Origin: Octopus sinensis
Taxonomy: Eukaryota
Direction: 5' to 3'
NCBI RefSeq assembly: GCF_006345805.1
Contig: NC_042997.1
Span: 106,640,001 to 106,704,000, forward strand
Length of the DNA: 64,000 bases
Shown: one piece after another, positions 13,354-26,524 of the stretch
Numbering within the stretch: position 1 is the stretch's first letter
Layout of the letters: the number at the start of each line of letters is the position of its first letter
Position numbers and translations under genes: made by a program
The notes under the pieces: generated by a model
The model's input: only the letters and a program-made list of their open reading frames with translations
What the model was told of the DNA's origin: nothing
Database searches by the model: none

Positions 13354-14327
13354 CGATGGGCGTTCATTAAAGATTTCCCCCTGACCCACTTTCGATTATA
13401 GTAGGAAACGGAACTTGCACAGGTATAATCATACATATCTCTACATGTCACATTATAAATTGCAGCTTTCCACTAGAATTCGTTTGTCTTTTACGGCTGT
13501 TGAACTGGACAAAGGTGCTATAATGGATGCAGTTGAATGCAGATCAGTGATCAGGTTCTTATACTTGAAAGGTCGTACACCAAAACAGACTTTTGATGAG
13601 ATGAAAGAAGTTTATAGTGACGATGCACAATCATACGACATAGTCAAGCATTGGCATCAACAGTTCAAATGTGGTCGAACATCGGTGGAACTGTTCCTAT
13701 TCCTGGACGACCACATTCCGCCATTGATGACGACACCATCGATAAAGTGGAAGCTGCTGTTGTGGAGGATCTCCGCATAACTATTCGGCAAGTAGCCCAA
13801 GAAGTGAAGATAAGTGTAGGATCCATGGGAAAAATCATTCACGACCATTTGCACATGCGGAAGTTGTCTGCACCATGGATTCCCTAGATGCTCACACCTT
13901 TCCAGAAGCAGGAACGAGTCAATTCCTCCCAGGCTCTTTTGCCAATGTGCCAAGAAAACGAAGAGGACTTTTTCAGTAGACTTATCACACAGGATGAAAC
14001 ATGGGTCCATCACTATAATCCTGAGACTAAAGTCCCTTACTTTCCCGACCTCGCACCATCTGACTTCCACCTCTTTACATCCATGAAGTCTTTTTTGAAG
14101 AGGAAGCACTTTTCGGATGATGATGAACTTATTTCCGAGGTAAAGTCTTGGCTCCAGATGCAACCTACCGACTTCTACAGACGAGGTCTTCACAGCTGCA
14201 TAACGTGATGGGAAACGTGTGTCACCATTGGTGGTGGCTATGTTGAGAAAGACTAATAATTATGCCAAGTTACGTTGATCCAGTCCTTGGGGAGTGGGTC
14301 GGAGGAAATCTTTATGAACATCCCTCG
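13354..14327 (+). mobile_element. Mariner element (irritans-like), internally deleted and frameshifted transposase 13525-14256
   Basis: TIRs cgatgggcgttcattaaagatttcc and (revcomp) cgagggatgttcataaagatttcc, TA flanks. MDAVECRSVIRFLYLKG, LSAPWIP, RLITQDETWVHHYNPETK joined directly to PYFPDLAPSDFHLF. Confidence 0.9.
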
Positions 14328-14662
14328 TATTTATTAAACAATACATAATGGGTTACATAATTCAGCATTATTGTGTAACCAGGCCATTCCCTCAGATGAT
14401 ATTCAGTCTTTCAGCGGCAAAATCCGATCAAGCAATAAGATTAAAAACATTTATAATCAAACTTATTTTGAAAGCGGGGATTTTAAGAGCTACAGAATTT
14501 TCACGAGAGAAAGATATGAAGGCTTACAACCAATCAAAACTTCACATTTACAGCAGCAACGAAATTTGTGAAAGTGCGTGCCACAAAAAAGTGGGTAAGA
14601 AACCATGGAAACTGGTTTCAACAACTAATGGGCAAGAGACTGGACAGAGGATTTTACTGCAA

Positions 14663-14710
<48 letters not shown>

Positions 14711-15647
14711 AACATACATACACACACATATATATTTGGATATATATAGTAACTACGCAGATACATACATATTATGTATGTGTGTGTATATGTTTGTGTG
14801 TCTGTGTTTGTCCCCCCAACATCGCTTGACAACCCCTGTGGACAATAAAGAAATATATATATATATATATATATATATACTCTTATATTATTATGTATTA
14901 ATGCGTAATGTGTGTTTTCAGAACAATACCAATGATTTCAAGAAGAATGACACATCAAAGCTTAAACAATTCTTTGTCATTTCATTCTATTTTCTACTCA
15001 TCAACGTCACAGTATTATTTAGTCTAACGTAAATTCAAGCTGTTGTTTAAAGTTCGTTATTAGCCCTGTTGTGTTCTTAATTTATGAGATCATTCATTTT
15101 ATTTATTTACAGTGAAACGTATGTTCAATTGTATAGATAGTTAGCCGGTCGTCTGCATCAGCAAATATTGAGAAAAATGTGTTTTGCTTTGATTTTATTT
15201 TACTCAACTGTATAGCAACTCGGTTAAAGTAACATGGCCGACCAAACGACACGAATATTAAACGAAGGTAGTACGCTTCCTCGGATAAGCAACTTTATAT
15301 CTGATTGGATCTGATTGATGTTCCAAACCAACAAACCAGTTCTTTTATAAATATGAGTCAGTCTTTACCATTCTTTTACATCATTTGTTCAGTCGAGTTT
15401 ATTACGATATTTACACTGTGAAGATCGATAGTGTGCAGAATATCTAGGTAGTGGTGAGCTCCCAAACTGGCTCGTCTAAATATTGGGCTGTTTTAATGTT
15501 TGCATGTCTTTGTAGAAATATCTGCCTGTTTGAGGATGTTTTAGTATTATTTCAATACTCTAAAATATACTTTTCCAATTATTTTTCCCCTTCGTTTTCA
15601 GAATAAATACTAGTTTATAACTGGTTCAATAACATGATGAATAAGTA

Positions 15648-15659
15648 TACACACACACA

Positions 15660-15740
<81 letters not shown>
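15648..15740. repeat. (CA)n microsatellite
   Basis: Direct reading. Confidence 0.95.
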
Positions 15741-15741
<1 letters not shown>

Positions 15742-16634
15742 TTATATAACATCTGCCTGTTGCAAAGTAAATAAATATATAAATAAAACATCTGCCAGTG
15801 ACAAAGTACACATATTCCATTCTATAGAAAACCAGATGAATTAGAAAATATATAAAATATATATAATGCAAACGAATATATCGTTGGTTAGCTTGCTAGC
15901 TGGTTAGTTTGGTGAATATATTTAATCAAATATTTGAAGACTGAATCTGTAGAACGCAGAACAAAATATCTCGTATTATTCGTTGTTCAAGGCAACAGAA
16001 TTTATACCAGTGAATTTGATCGACAATTCTTGTCATATGCTCGTCAAGCTTTTTCTTCCAACAGACCGCTCCATCATGTGTATCCCTTATAGCGAATATT
16101 GTGTAAAATAAACCGTACCATAAAACAGGTATGAGGCAAGTATCATTTGTTATTAAATTACTTTAATCTAAAGAGTTCAAATCCCACCGTAGTCAAATAC
16201 TATGACTGGTAAGATCTACCGTTACCTCCCTCAAAAGTTCTAGACTTATGCCTACATAAAAAATAAATTTGATTTCGTGTTACATTTCTAATTAAGTGGA
16301 TTTGTTTGGTTTTTTTCTAACAAGTAACTGATTTCTAGACATTGTGTTAAGTACACCTATAAATCATTCTCAACTGATTTTTTTTTTGCAAGAAATTTGC
16401 TTTTGGCTTTAAAATTTGCTGAAAACCCTTGTTCACAATAAATGGATACTAATAGAAGTTTCTCTATACATTTTCTGGGCACATAAGCGACGTGTACTTG
16501 ATTGTAACTGCTTCAATATTTCAGTGTTTTTCACAAATCTCACGTACCATCATAGTTTCCCATGCGAACACCCTCCCTACAATTTTTCTTGCGTGCCCCT
16601 GACATATTACAGATCTTGTTTTTAATCTTTTAGG

Positions 16635-16765
16635 CAGCTGGGAAGGTAGTGCACACGACCCGTTGCAGGGTATCCAAGACTGTTGGAAGGGATGGAGATA
16701 TCTTCAGACCGGAAGCCTGCCCCGAATGCTTCCAACACAGCAGACTCCGCTAAAGCTACCTAAAG
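16635..16765 (-). pseudogene. Possible small L1/Tx1-like RT relic
   Basis: Minus frame AVLEAFGQASGLKI resembles the RT segment F..ASGLKIN; short, so weak. Confidence 0.3.
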
Positions 16766-17465
16766 TGTCAAGTAGTAGTTTTAAACTAGAGGTCGGGTTA
16801 AGCCAACCACCCAAGTAGGCCTTGGTGCGATTTGAACTCATAAGGCAAAGAGCCGTACAATTCCACCAACCCACCGCCTGTAATGGATCTTGGTTCTTTG
16901 TTATCGACCTTGAACGGATGAACTGTGAAGCCGAATACCGTGTAGCATTCTGTTCGACACTCTAACGACACTACAAATTCGCCGCCTGACTTAGTTAAAG
17001 ATTGAGGATGGTGGCAGAATTCGTAAAGAAACAGGTAACATTTATTTCGGTGTTTTATTACGGCCCCCTTATGTTCTGAATTCAAATTACGCAGCAGTTG
17101 ACTTTGTTTCTCACTAACTAAATCAATAAATCAATATATATGGCTGTCTAACTCAACTATGGTATGTTGCTTCTGCTTGGAACCCATTATTTTCTTGCAA
17201 TGAAGAACAAGGAAAATAGTTACTATAAAAGAAGAGTTACTCAACCAATATGCGCAATTTCAATTACTTATATCAGTTAATAAAGAGTTATGCCCATTTT
17301 GCATTACTTTCAGAGCAAGTCCCGTACTTATTCTATCACACTGAGAACAGCCAGAAGACAAATATTGCCCCCAGAAAAATGCGAGCATATACTTAGGAAA
17401 TAACGAACAAAATTCAGTGGAATATTTCTCCTCGACAGCCAGTAGCAACATCATCACTCTATATA

Positions 17466-18731
17466 TTGGGTTGGCAACTAAGTTCCAGCCATTTTTTAAA
17501 TTTACATTTTTTTAAAAGGTTTAATAAAAAATAACAACTAATTAATCAATGATGTATTCACCCTTGTTGTTTACAACTTCTTCCCAACGTTCAACAAGAT
17601 TTTCAATACCTCGTTGGTAGAAATCACCCGATTTCGACTAGAAAAATTGATCCAACCAATCTCTCAATTCTGCATCAGTATTGAACGAAACTCTGCGCAT
17701 AGCATTTGAAAGAGATCGAAGGAGGTGGAAATCCGTTGGTGCCAAATCAGGAGAGTACGGCGGGTGTGGTAGCACTTCCCAGTCATGCGTCTGAATGGCT
17801 TTCTTGATCATATTGGCGATATGAGGGCGGGCGTTGTCATGCAGCAGAAGAACTCCATGTCGACGATTAGGTCTTTTCTCTTGAATAGCCGTATTGAGTC
17901 GTTCCATCTGTTCCGCGTTGACCTTTTGGTTCCGTTCAAGCAATTCGTAATGGATAATCCTTTCCCAGTCCCACAATATGCACAACATCGTTTTACGCAG
18001 ACGAAGATCTTGTTTCACCGCGGTGTCGCTTGTTTACAAGCCATTCCTTACGCTGCTTCATATTGATGCACAGGCACCATTTTTCGTCGCCAGTAACGAT
18101 TCGGTAAAGAAATCGTTGCTTGTGTCCATGAGTTGAGCAGTGACGAGCAAGCAAACCAGCGGAGATTGTGGCTCGTTGATTTTTGTTGTTGTCACTTAAA
18201 GCATGCAGAACCCATGCTCCATACTTCTGAACCTTTCCCATCGAGTGAAGATACTTCTCTGTAACAGTGTGGGAGCATTCCAATATCTCTACCTGTTCCC
18301 TTGTCGTTTGACGAGAATTTCCGTGCAAAAGCTGGTTTAATTGGTCTTCATCGAACTCAACTAGACGGACAGAACGAGGTACGTCTTTGAGGTCAAAATT
18401 TCCATTTTTGAACTTGGCATACCAATCACGAGCGGTTCTTTCAGCTATGGCACCCTTTCCATACACAGCACAAATGTCGCGAGCAGCTTTTGCGACCTTA
18501 GAACCTTGATTAAAAGCAAAAAGGAGGTGTCTAAAATGCTCGTTTTTCTTAACTTGAGATACCATTTTAATGATCTGAAAATAAACAAAAGTTAACTAAA
18601 ATTAACTAGAAAAAAAAAAGATTTCAAAATGACTCAAAAATAGAATTCTCGAAAAAAATAGATTCCAAAATTTAAAAACGCAATAAATTCCAAAATTTAA
18701 AAAAACCGTGGGAACTTAGTTGCCAACCCAA
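17466..18731 (-). mobile_element. Near full-length mellifera-subfamily-like mariner (DD34D); transposase pseudogene 17542-18565
   Basis: TIRs ttgggttggcaactaagttc at both ends with TA TSD. EHFRHLLFAF, AWVLHALS, IVTGDEKW, LLHDNARPH, HPPYSPDLAPTDFHL, WEEVVNNKGEYIID*. Split by frameshifts. Confidence 0.93.
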
Positions 18732-20469
18732 TACATGAAATACATTATACTGCACATATGGCCACAAATATAGATACACACAGAAGGAAAAATAATGGTT
18801 AATGCTCTCCAGAGCATTGACAGTATAAACGAAGTGAAATGGCTTCAGTCAGGAACTAAAACTATGTACTCGATTCTTTGAAGATTACTTCTTGCACTAC
18901 GGCGTAAACAAGCTGACTAAGAAGAAAATAGTAACTTCAAGAAATGAATTTAAGACGTTTTTTCTGATTATTTTATTAGAAGGAGAAAAAATAACTGGTG
19001 TCACATTTTAACTCACATGATTGAGATAGTTCTGCTGCTACACACTGAAGCTTCATAGACCGCAACTTAAAGAATCTAGCAAATATTTAAGGCCTGATAC
19101 ATTACAATGTCTGGTTCTTAGACGTGCTGCTTCTTCTTGTCCTACTACTACAACGGCTTCTACTTTTGTAAAGTGGTCATGTAGATGTTCCCTCGTTAGT
19201 CCATAGTTCTGTATTTCCTTACAGTGATACTATCTCAACCTTTAATAAACACAAATAGCATATATATTATTCTGTCTATCCACTGTTCTGTCTATTCAAT
19301 GAAAATTTGCGAATATTTTGTTTCTTTAACTATACGTCATGTTGTGATATCGAAATCAATTTATTCACAGCAAAAATTGAATGACCAAACCTAAATTAGA
19401 TAACAATGATAACATTGCCAGAAATATCGAATTCTTGTATCACCATCTACACAACTGTCATTCCTAATTCAGCCAACTTGGAAACCGTTACAATAATCTT
19501 TGTATTTGTACAGGAACTGTTGATTATAGAATAGTTAAAACGGTTTATTCGAAAAAATACTAATCAAGCGTGGCAAAGCACAGAGCTATATAAATAGCTT
19601 TACAAAATGTTTAAAAGACTATTCACCCTTAACTTCCTTCGACTTATATAGTAAAACATAGCTATATGTATCATCATATATCTAACATATGCCTCGCTGA
19701 TGAGATTATAATAAGGCATAAATATATAGAGAGTTGTCTCCTACACATACTGAAAGTTTAAATATTAGGCGACAACTAATATCGTTTTTCTTTGTTTTTT
19801 GTTTTTCGTTTCTCATTTTCTTATTTTAATTTGTTACTTCTAACTCAATTATTAAACCTAACATACATCATCATACATTTAACAAGCTGTCTTTCTCTCA
19901 TTATTTATTTATATAGCATTACCTTTAATTGTATAGATTGTGCATGTACACTGGATAGGTGGATGGATCGATTTAATCTTATGTATACGTTTATATTGAT
20001 CTATCGATAAATATTCCACCATTCACCTCTCTCTCTCTCTCTCTCTCTCCTATGTATACATATATATATATATATACGTATACAAGTGTGTATGTATATA
20101 TATAAAATTATGCACATGAGCGTGCATCTGTGTGTGTGTGTGTGTGTTTGTCTGTCTGTGTGCGCGCACATGTGTGTGTGTGAGTGTAATACTATTTTTC
20201 TTAAATTGATATAAAGAACTAAGAGTCTTGAGCGAAAAAACGTTTATATATATATATATAATTTCTGTGTTTCAAATATCAAAAGCGTCATGGTTATCAG
20301 TTTGATCGAGTTCAGCAACTGACAGGGTTCCAAGACTGATTTATCCTTGATACAATATATGAAATAAAATTATTCAGTGATACAACGGTGACTCGATGAG
20401 TTGCGAGATATTGCTTTACTCCCAAGTTGCTAAGAAGCTTAAATTGTCATACCCACACAAGAGTTCCCC

Positions 20470-20975
20470 CTTCGAATTTGTTTCCTCATAACTTTCAGAA
20501 AAATTTGTGTTTTCCAATGAAATTTTCTATAATTTCAGATAGTCAAGATTATGATTGTATCGGGATCTAATGTGAAAAATAAAATGGTGAGCGCGTACAC
20601 ATATGTAGTAACACATATCGCATATATATTTACAAAATGAAACTTGAAGTTTTCAAGAAATTATGTGATGTATGTCAATATATATGCGTGTATGTTCATT
20701 ATTTATTTTTTTTTTTTTTCAACATTAAATACCGATATTATTGTAATCTACACTATCTGAAAGGCATTTGTAAAACTTTCATTAAAGAATATTCATTTTT
20801 TTCTGTAAGTTATGAGGAAACAAACATTCTCTCATATGAATTTTCTGATTTCCCTCCGAGAACGGTTTTCACAATAAATTTTAATATAATCGAAATCTAC
20901 ATCATTTGTAAAGTATTTGTAGAGAGCTTCATTAAAAGTTACCAATTATTCTGAAAGTTATGAAGAAACAAAATC
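20470..20975. repeat. Possible MITE-like repeat with short inverted motifs
   Basis: tttgtttcctcataactttcagaa (20474) is inverted relative to ttctgtaagttatgaggaaacaaa (~20800) and ttctgaaagttatgaagaaacaaaa (~20950). Confidence 0.4.
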
Positions 20976-21502
20976 GTTAGGCCACACTTGTGTAAGTATT
21001 GCCGGAAACCATCAAGAATAAAACTGGATATTTAATGTGAACCTAAGTTCTCCGTCTAAATGTTCTGAATGTAGTGAATGCCTACCGAACCAACTTAGTG
21101 TTTGCTCTTCAATGACCATTAAGTAAGAACCAGTGTGATACTAGGATAATCAGCATTGCAAATTACTGCATTGGTAATACTGAAACGTTTCAAGTTTCAT
21201 TTTCCATTATCATTTGTAATGCTTATCACATATTCATGGATGGGTAGTCAGCATTATATTAACAAACATTAAACAATTAATTCAATTGAATCAGTGAATG
21301 GAATAAATATTTATACTTTGTTTTATGTTTGATATTGTGGAGTCAATTGACAATAACTCCGCTACTTACGAAAAGATCTTTATATTGATTCAAATAAAGC
21401 CTTTATATCTCTCTTTGGATATATTTATATCAAAGATCGATACATCAATACATCAATGTATATTTCATGAATTCATTTATTAAATCATATATATATATCT
21501 AT

Positions 21503-21507
21503 AAACG

Positions 21508-21591
<84 letters not shown>

Positions 21592-21615
21592 GTGTGTGTG
21601 TGTGTGTGTGTATGT
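21503..21615. repeat. (TG)n microsatellite
   Basis: Direct reading. Confidence 0.95.
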
Positions 21616-22669
21616 GTGATTGTTAACGTGCGTGTTTGTTGAAGCTTGTACAGTAATACCTATTCGAATGTATTCATGGATTTTGTTATCGTTAATCCAG
21701 TAGAGTTCTGGATTTATGAACTCCAGATTTGTCACCCTTGTATTCAGATTGAAATAGTTGCGGCAATTAGTCAAAATCCCAGAAATATCTTATTGCTATG
21801 TATAATTTATATCCATTGTTCTTTGTAGCCAGCAAACATGTTAGCTGATATCTGTTTGGAATTGATGGCGTGTTACTCAAATATCTGGATACATTCTCCC
21901 TTTACCGTAAGTTTCACCAGCCTGGTCTACTATCATGCAACAAGTCTAGCCGACTTGCTTCTCCACCACCCCTACATCCTGTTATATGGATAACAGGAGC
22001 GGAAAAGATATTTAGATGTTGATAGGACTAACGATAGTCTATTCACACAAGAATGAACTATATCAAAGCAGATATTCTCCAATGGGACGGACACACTAGT
22101 TATTTAGAAACAGTTTATCATGTTATTTCGGCTCTCTTTCGGCTGTTAACTAATTATTAAGGATGAGTCATTCATAACAAAAATTTAACCTGTCTATATA
22201 ATATATTTATTCATGTGAAACGACAGCTACTTTATCATCTACTTGCAATGCCTTTCATTGCAACTGTAATTAACATTTAATCATAATTCACATTTTGGTT
22301 TTGTATGTATTTGTGAGTGAAGTTCTGTACATGTTAGTGTAACTATACGGGTGTATTTACTTTTTTGTAATACGTTGCTTTTTGTGTCAATTTTTATGCA
22401 GCCAAGTCTTACTTACGTTGTTTGTCTTTTTTTTTCTTTGCAGTAATAAATCAAGTAAAATAAAATCTATAACCCTTTATAGATTACATATGGATCATTA
22501 ATTTTCTCATGTAATTTATGCATGAGTCCTTTTTCTGCATTTATGTTGTTGATAGCTTTACGTTTCACGCGAACTGATATTACCGTTTTGATTCCGGAAG
22601 GTAACGAGCTGGCAGAATCGTTAGTACGTCGTACAAAATGCTTAGCAGCATTTTGTCCGCCTTTAATTG

Positions 22670-22978
22670 TATTCACCTCAATAGACGTCATTGATTGGTT
22701 GAAATTGTCGAAATGCAAGAAATTAAAGACCAAATATCTTACAAACTATAGAATTTTCTCAATAAAGCCAAGAGAAAAAGATGTTTTATAAACACATTCT
22801 ACCAGTATACGAAGTTTAAAATTTTTTGCTAACCTAGAAATGATGTTAAAAACTGCCGTTCAAATCGAAAAGATCCAAGATGTTTTATGTAACACATTCT
22901 ACCAGTATACGAAGTTTAAAAGTGTTTAGTTACAAAGAAATTATTTTAAAAATCTGCCGGTCAAAGTGAAAAGATCCA
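22670..22978. mobile_element. Non-autonomous DNA-element family, second copy at 32570-32778; partial internal duplication at 22878-22978
   Basis: ~200-bp shared block tcacctcaatagacgtcattga..ttctaccagtatacgaagtttaaaa..gaaaagatcc. Confidence 0.7.
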
Positions 22979-23221
22979 AATCTGCTAATTTGATGTCTTT
23001 TTAATTCTTTCTCTTTGAGATATTTTTAATAAAACGCCGCACCTCGTTTACTTAACCTCGTTTACTTAACCTCGTTTACCTTGTGATTTCGTATGTTCTT
23101 CTGTTATCTGTAATACAGAAAAAATAAAATCTAATTTTAGTCACTGAATGAAAAGTGTGATCCATATTCAAATTGTATATATAGCACTATGTTTCTGCAA
23201 ATTTATTTATTCGTATATTGA

Positions 23222-23738
23222 GGCGGCGAGCTGGCAGAAACGTTAGCACACCGGGCGAAATGCGTAGCCGTATTTCGTCTGCCGCTACGTTCTGAGTTCA
23301 AATTCCGCCGAGGTTGACTTTGCTTTTCATCCTTTGGGGGTTGATTAAATAAGTACCAGTTACACACTGGGTCGATATAATCGACTTAATCCGTTTGTCT
23401 GTCCTTGTTTGTCCTCTCTGTGTTTAGCCCCTTGTGGGTAGTAAAGAAATAGGTATTTCGCTCGTCGTTTCGTCTGCCGCTACGTTCTGAGTTCAAATTC
23501 CACCGAGGTCGACTTTGCCTTTCATCCTTTCGGGGTTGATTAAATAAGTACCAGTTACGCACTGGGGTCAATATAATCGACTTAATCCGTTTGTCTGTCC
23601 TTGTTTGTCCTCTCTGTGTTTAGCCCCTTGTGGGTAGTAAAAAAATAGGTATTTCGCTAGTCGCTATGTTCTGAGTTAAAATTCCGCCGAGGTTGACTTT
23701 GCCTTTCATCTTTTCGGGATCGATAAATTAAGTACCCC
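23222..23738 (+). mobile_element. SINE family B, about 2.5 tandem copies
   Basis: Units restart after gtaaagaaataggtatttcg. Confidence 0.9.
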
Positions 23739-23919
23739 TTCCCCAACAATTTCAGGCCTTGTGCCTATAGTAGAAAGGATTTATTTATTTATATATTAAT
23801 TACTATCAGTCCACCTATCCTAATTTCCACCATCATATACAAAATAATTTATTGTATAACATGAACAGACCTATTGATATAATGTTAGCAATAAACCTTT
23901 CAAAATTGAGAAAAAGGCT

Positions 23920-24090
23920 TGAAATTTTGTGGGATGGGAACTAGTCGATTACATGAACCTCAACTGACACTTATTTCATCGGGCCCGAAGGGTTAAAAGG
24001 GTAAAGTCGACCTCGACGGGTTTTGAACTCAGAACGTAAAGACAGACGAAATGCTGCTAAACACCTTCCCCGGCATGCGGAGTATGCTAA
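23920..24090 (-). mobile_element. SINE family B-related copy
   Basis: aaagtcgacctcgacgggttttgaactcagaacgtaaagacagacgaaatgctgctaa. Confidence 0.7.
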
Positions 24091-26142
24091 ATAATTGTTC
24101 TACTTTAATTTTTCCCACCTTAAATTTCCACCCCCAGCAGGTCAAGAATTGCGCAAGTAGTGTGTTGTATTTTTCGCACAGCTTATCTTTCTCTATAGAA
24201 TACCGTATTTTATGGCATATATGACGCACATTTTTTTTTTGTTTTTCTTCAAAAAAAATTCTCAAAAAGTTACTCTGAGTCCTATATGCGAAGTTTATCC
24301 CTTTAATGTGCTGCTGAAATTAGGACGTGCCTAATACGTTCTTGCGTTTTTTATGCTATTATTTTCGGTACTTCTTTCCACTGTTTTCGAATTAAAAATA
24401 ATTTTCTTATTGTTTAAAGTTGTAACATTTAAATAATCACAAGATGTATTAGATGAAGTGATGAAAGTTAGTAATTTATTGTAGATTTTATTCAATTATT
24501 ACGTAGTAACAACTACGATCAGTTTGTAAAAACTACAACAGTTGCGTGTTGTGAATATCAGACAGTTTTTACCCCGTAAGTTTCGCTTCAAGACTTCAAG
24601 GCTTGCGTGGAAGAAGCCTATCAGCGTGTAGTGGGCCAAAAACCTAGTTCGAACTGGAGTCACTGAAAGTGAATTAGATATAGCTAGGTTCACCTCTATT
24701 TTACATAAAGATGTGCTGTGCTTTTCACAGGTTAAACATGAATTTTAAGTGCACAATTAGAGAACAACAGAAAGGAAAGTGAAAACTCAGGTTTCGATCT
24801 TTGGTCATGAATCTTTTATATACTTCATACACAGTATCAAAGTCTGAATCCAGTTGAGAAGGATTTTTTTTATTACTTTCTCACACCAAACTTCATACAA
24901 TGCTTTCTTTCTTTGCGTTTATTCCATATAAAACATGGTGTGGCATTTTAAATCTCGGTAATTTTTTTAAATTGTTCCATATTTTTTTTACCATCTGCAA
25001 ACACACGTCTCAATATCGTTATATCTCATCGGTGCAGTAATTAGAAAATTTAGTGAATTTAACTCAAAGCTATGTATAAATTTAAATGAATATGAAGCGT
25101 TTAATAAAATAGTGTTGCAATCAAAGATATCTTTCATTCATTAAGCTGAGCGTGTTTAATGAAATTGAAGTATGTTTCTCCGAGGAAGTTTATTGAAAAA
25201 AACAAAAATATGGAAAGGAATCCTTACATCTAACTAGAATTTAACGTTCTTACCATGCTTACATAGAAGATTAAGATAGATGAATGGGCAAGAAAATTTC
25301 TTTTTGTAAATGCCTTACATTTGTAAACTTTAAATCCTTAGTCTTTCCCTTGCTGCGACGCACATTATTTCATCCTCTCTAGCTATGCCTATCTCTGATC
25401 TGAAAAGGTATTTGATATCTCTGGATACTTTCTGTGGCGTTCTACTTCATTATTTTCTTGACAGGTTGGTGTGGAAGACCTACTAACCATTAGCTCATCC
25501 CACCCCTTTTATATGTGCTTGGAATTGGCAGGCAGCCTCGTTTCAATAGCCAAGCAGAGAGGAAGGTATTTTTATTGACCTCGGAAAGATGAAAAGCAAA
25601 GTTGACTTTGACAAGATTTGAACTCAGAACCGAACCCGAGGAGAAAAATTTAGACCTCATTGTGGATCAGGAATTTTGAGTTGGAAGACGTCTGTCCACA
25701 ATTCTGACTTAAGCAGCTTTTGACTGTTAGTTGGTGACGAAACGGGCTACGTAGTAGAATAATTCTACTGAATATCAGATCTTGGTTTCAACCATACTTA
25801 ACAAAATCTCACAAGTACGAATGAATTTCCTCTATGAAAATCATTAAAATTTTTTGATACACCGCAGTATAAAGATATTTGAAGCATTATACAGTATAGG
25901 GAGTATAATTCTTTCATATCATATTAATCACTCATCCGAGTGAATTGCCATTAAAAGTTTTAATAAGTTTTAATATAACTGGGACAAATATGTTTGAATC
26001 TAGATGACAATTGACTAATTTTCTTCATTTATTTGGTATTTGAAATATTATGAATCAGTAAAAGACGGTGGTTTGGGAGAGTAGGCAAGACGACGAATAA
26101 AATGGCTGGCAATATTTAGTTATATTCTTTTGCATCCTGAGC

Positions 26143-26524
26143 GCGACATGCTTAGCGGTATTTCGTCCGCCGCTACGTTCTGAGTTCAAATTCCGCCGAG
26201 GTCGACTTTGCCTTTCATCCTTTCGGGGTCGATTAAATAAGTACCAGTTACGCACTGGGGTCGATATAATCGACTTAATCCGTTTATCTGTCCTTGTTTG
26301 TCCTCTCTGTGTTTAACCCCTTGTGGGTAGTAAAGAAATAGGTATTTCGTCTGTCGTTACGTTCTGAGTTCAAATTCCGCCGAGGTCGACTTCGCCTTTC
26401 ATCCTTTCGGGGTCGATAAATTAAGTACCAGTTACGTACTGGGGACGATGTAATCGACTTAATCCGTTTGTCTGTCCTTGTTTGTCCCCTCTATGTTTAG
26501 CCCCTTATGGGCAGTAAAGAAATA
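26143..26524 (+). mobile_element. SINE family B, two tandem copies (degenerate third to ~26640)
   Basis: Same unit and junction as 23222-23738. Confidence 0.9.

Noticed and set aside
14348-14749. ORF with a downstream gtaaga donor as a host exon
   Set aside because: No recognisable domain, no convincing acceptor, and it runs into a microsatellite
21829-21906. Resemblance of LADICLELMACYSN to a tuberin (TSC2) segment
   Set aside because: Too short and flanking residues do not match; no gene symbol assigned
23222-23738. Regularly repeated units resembling a CRISPR array
   Set aside because: Eukaryotic tandem SINE copies; no unique spacers and no cas genes
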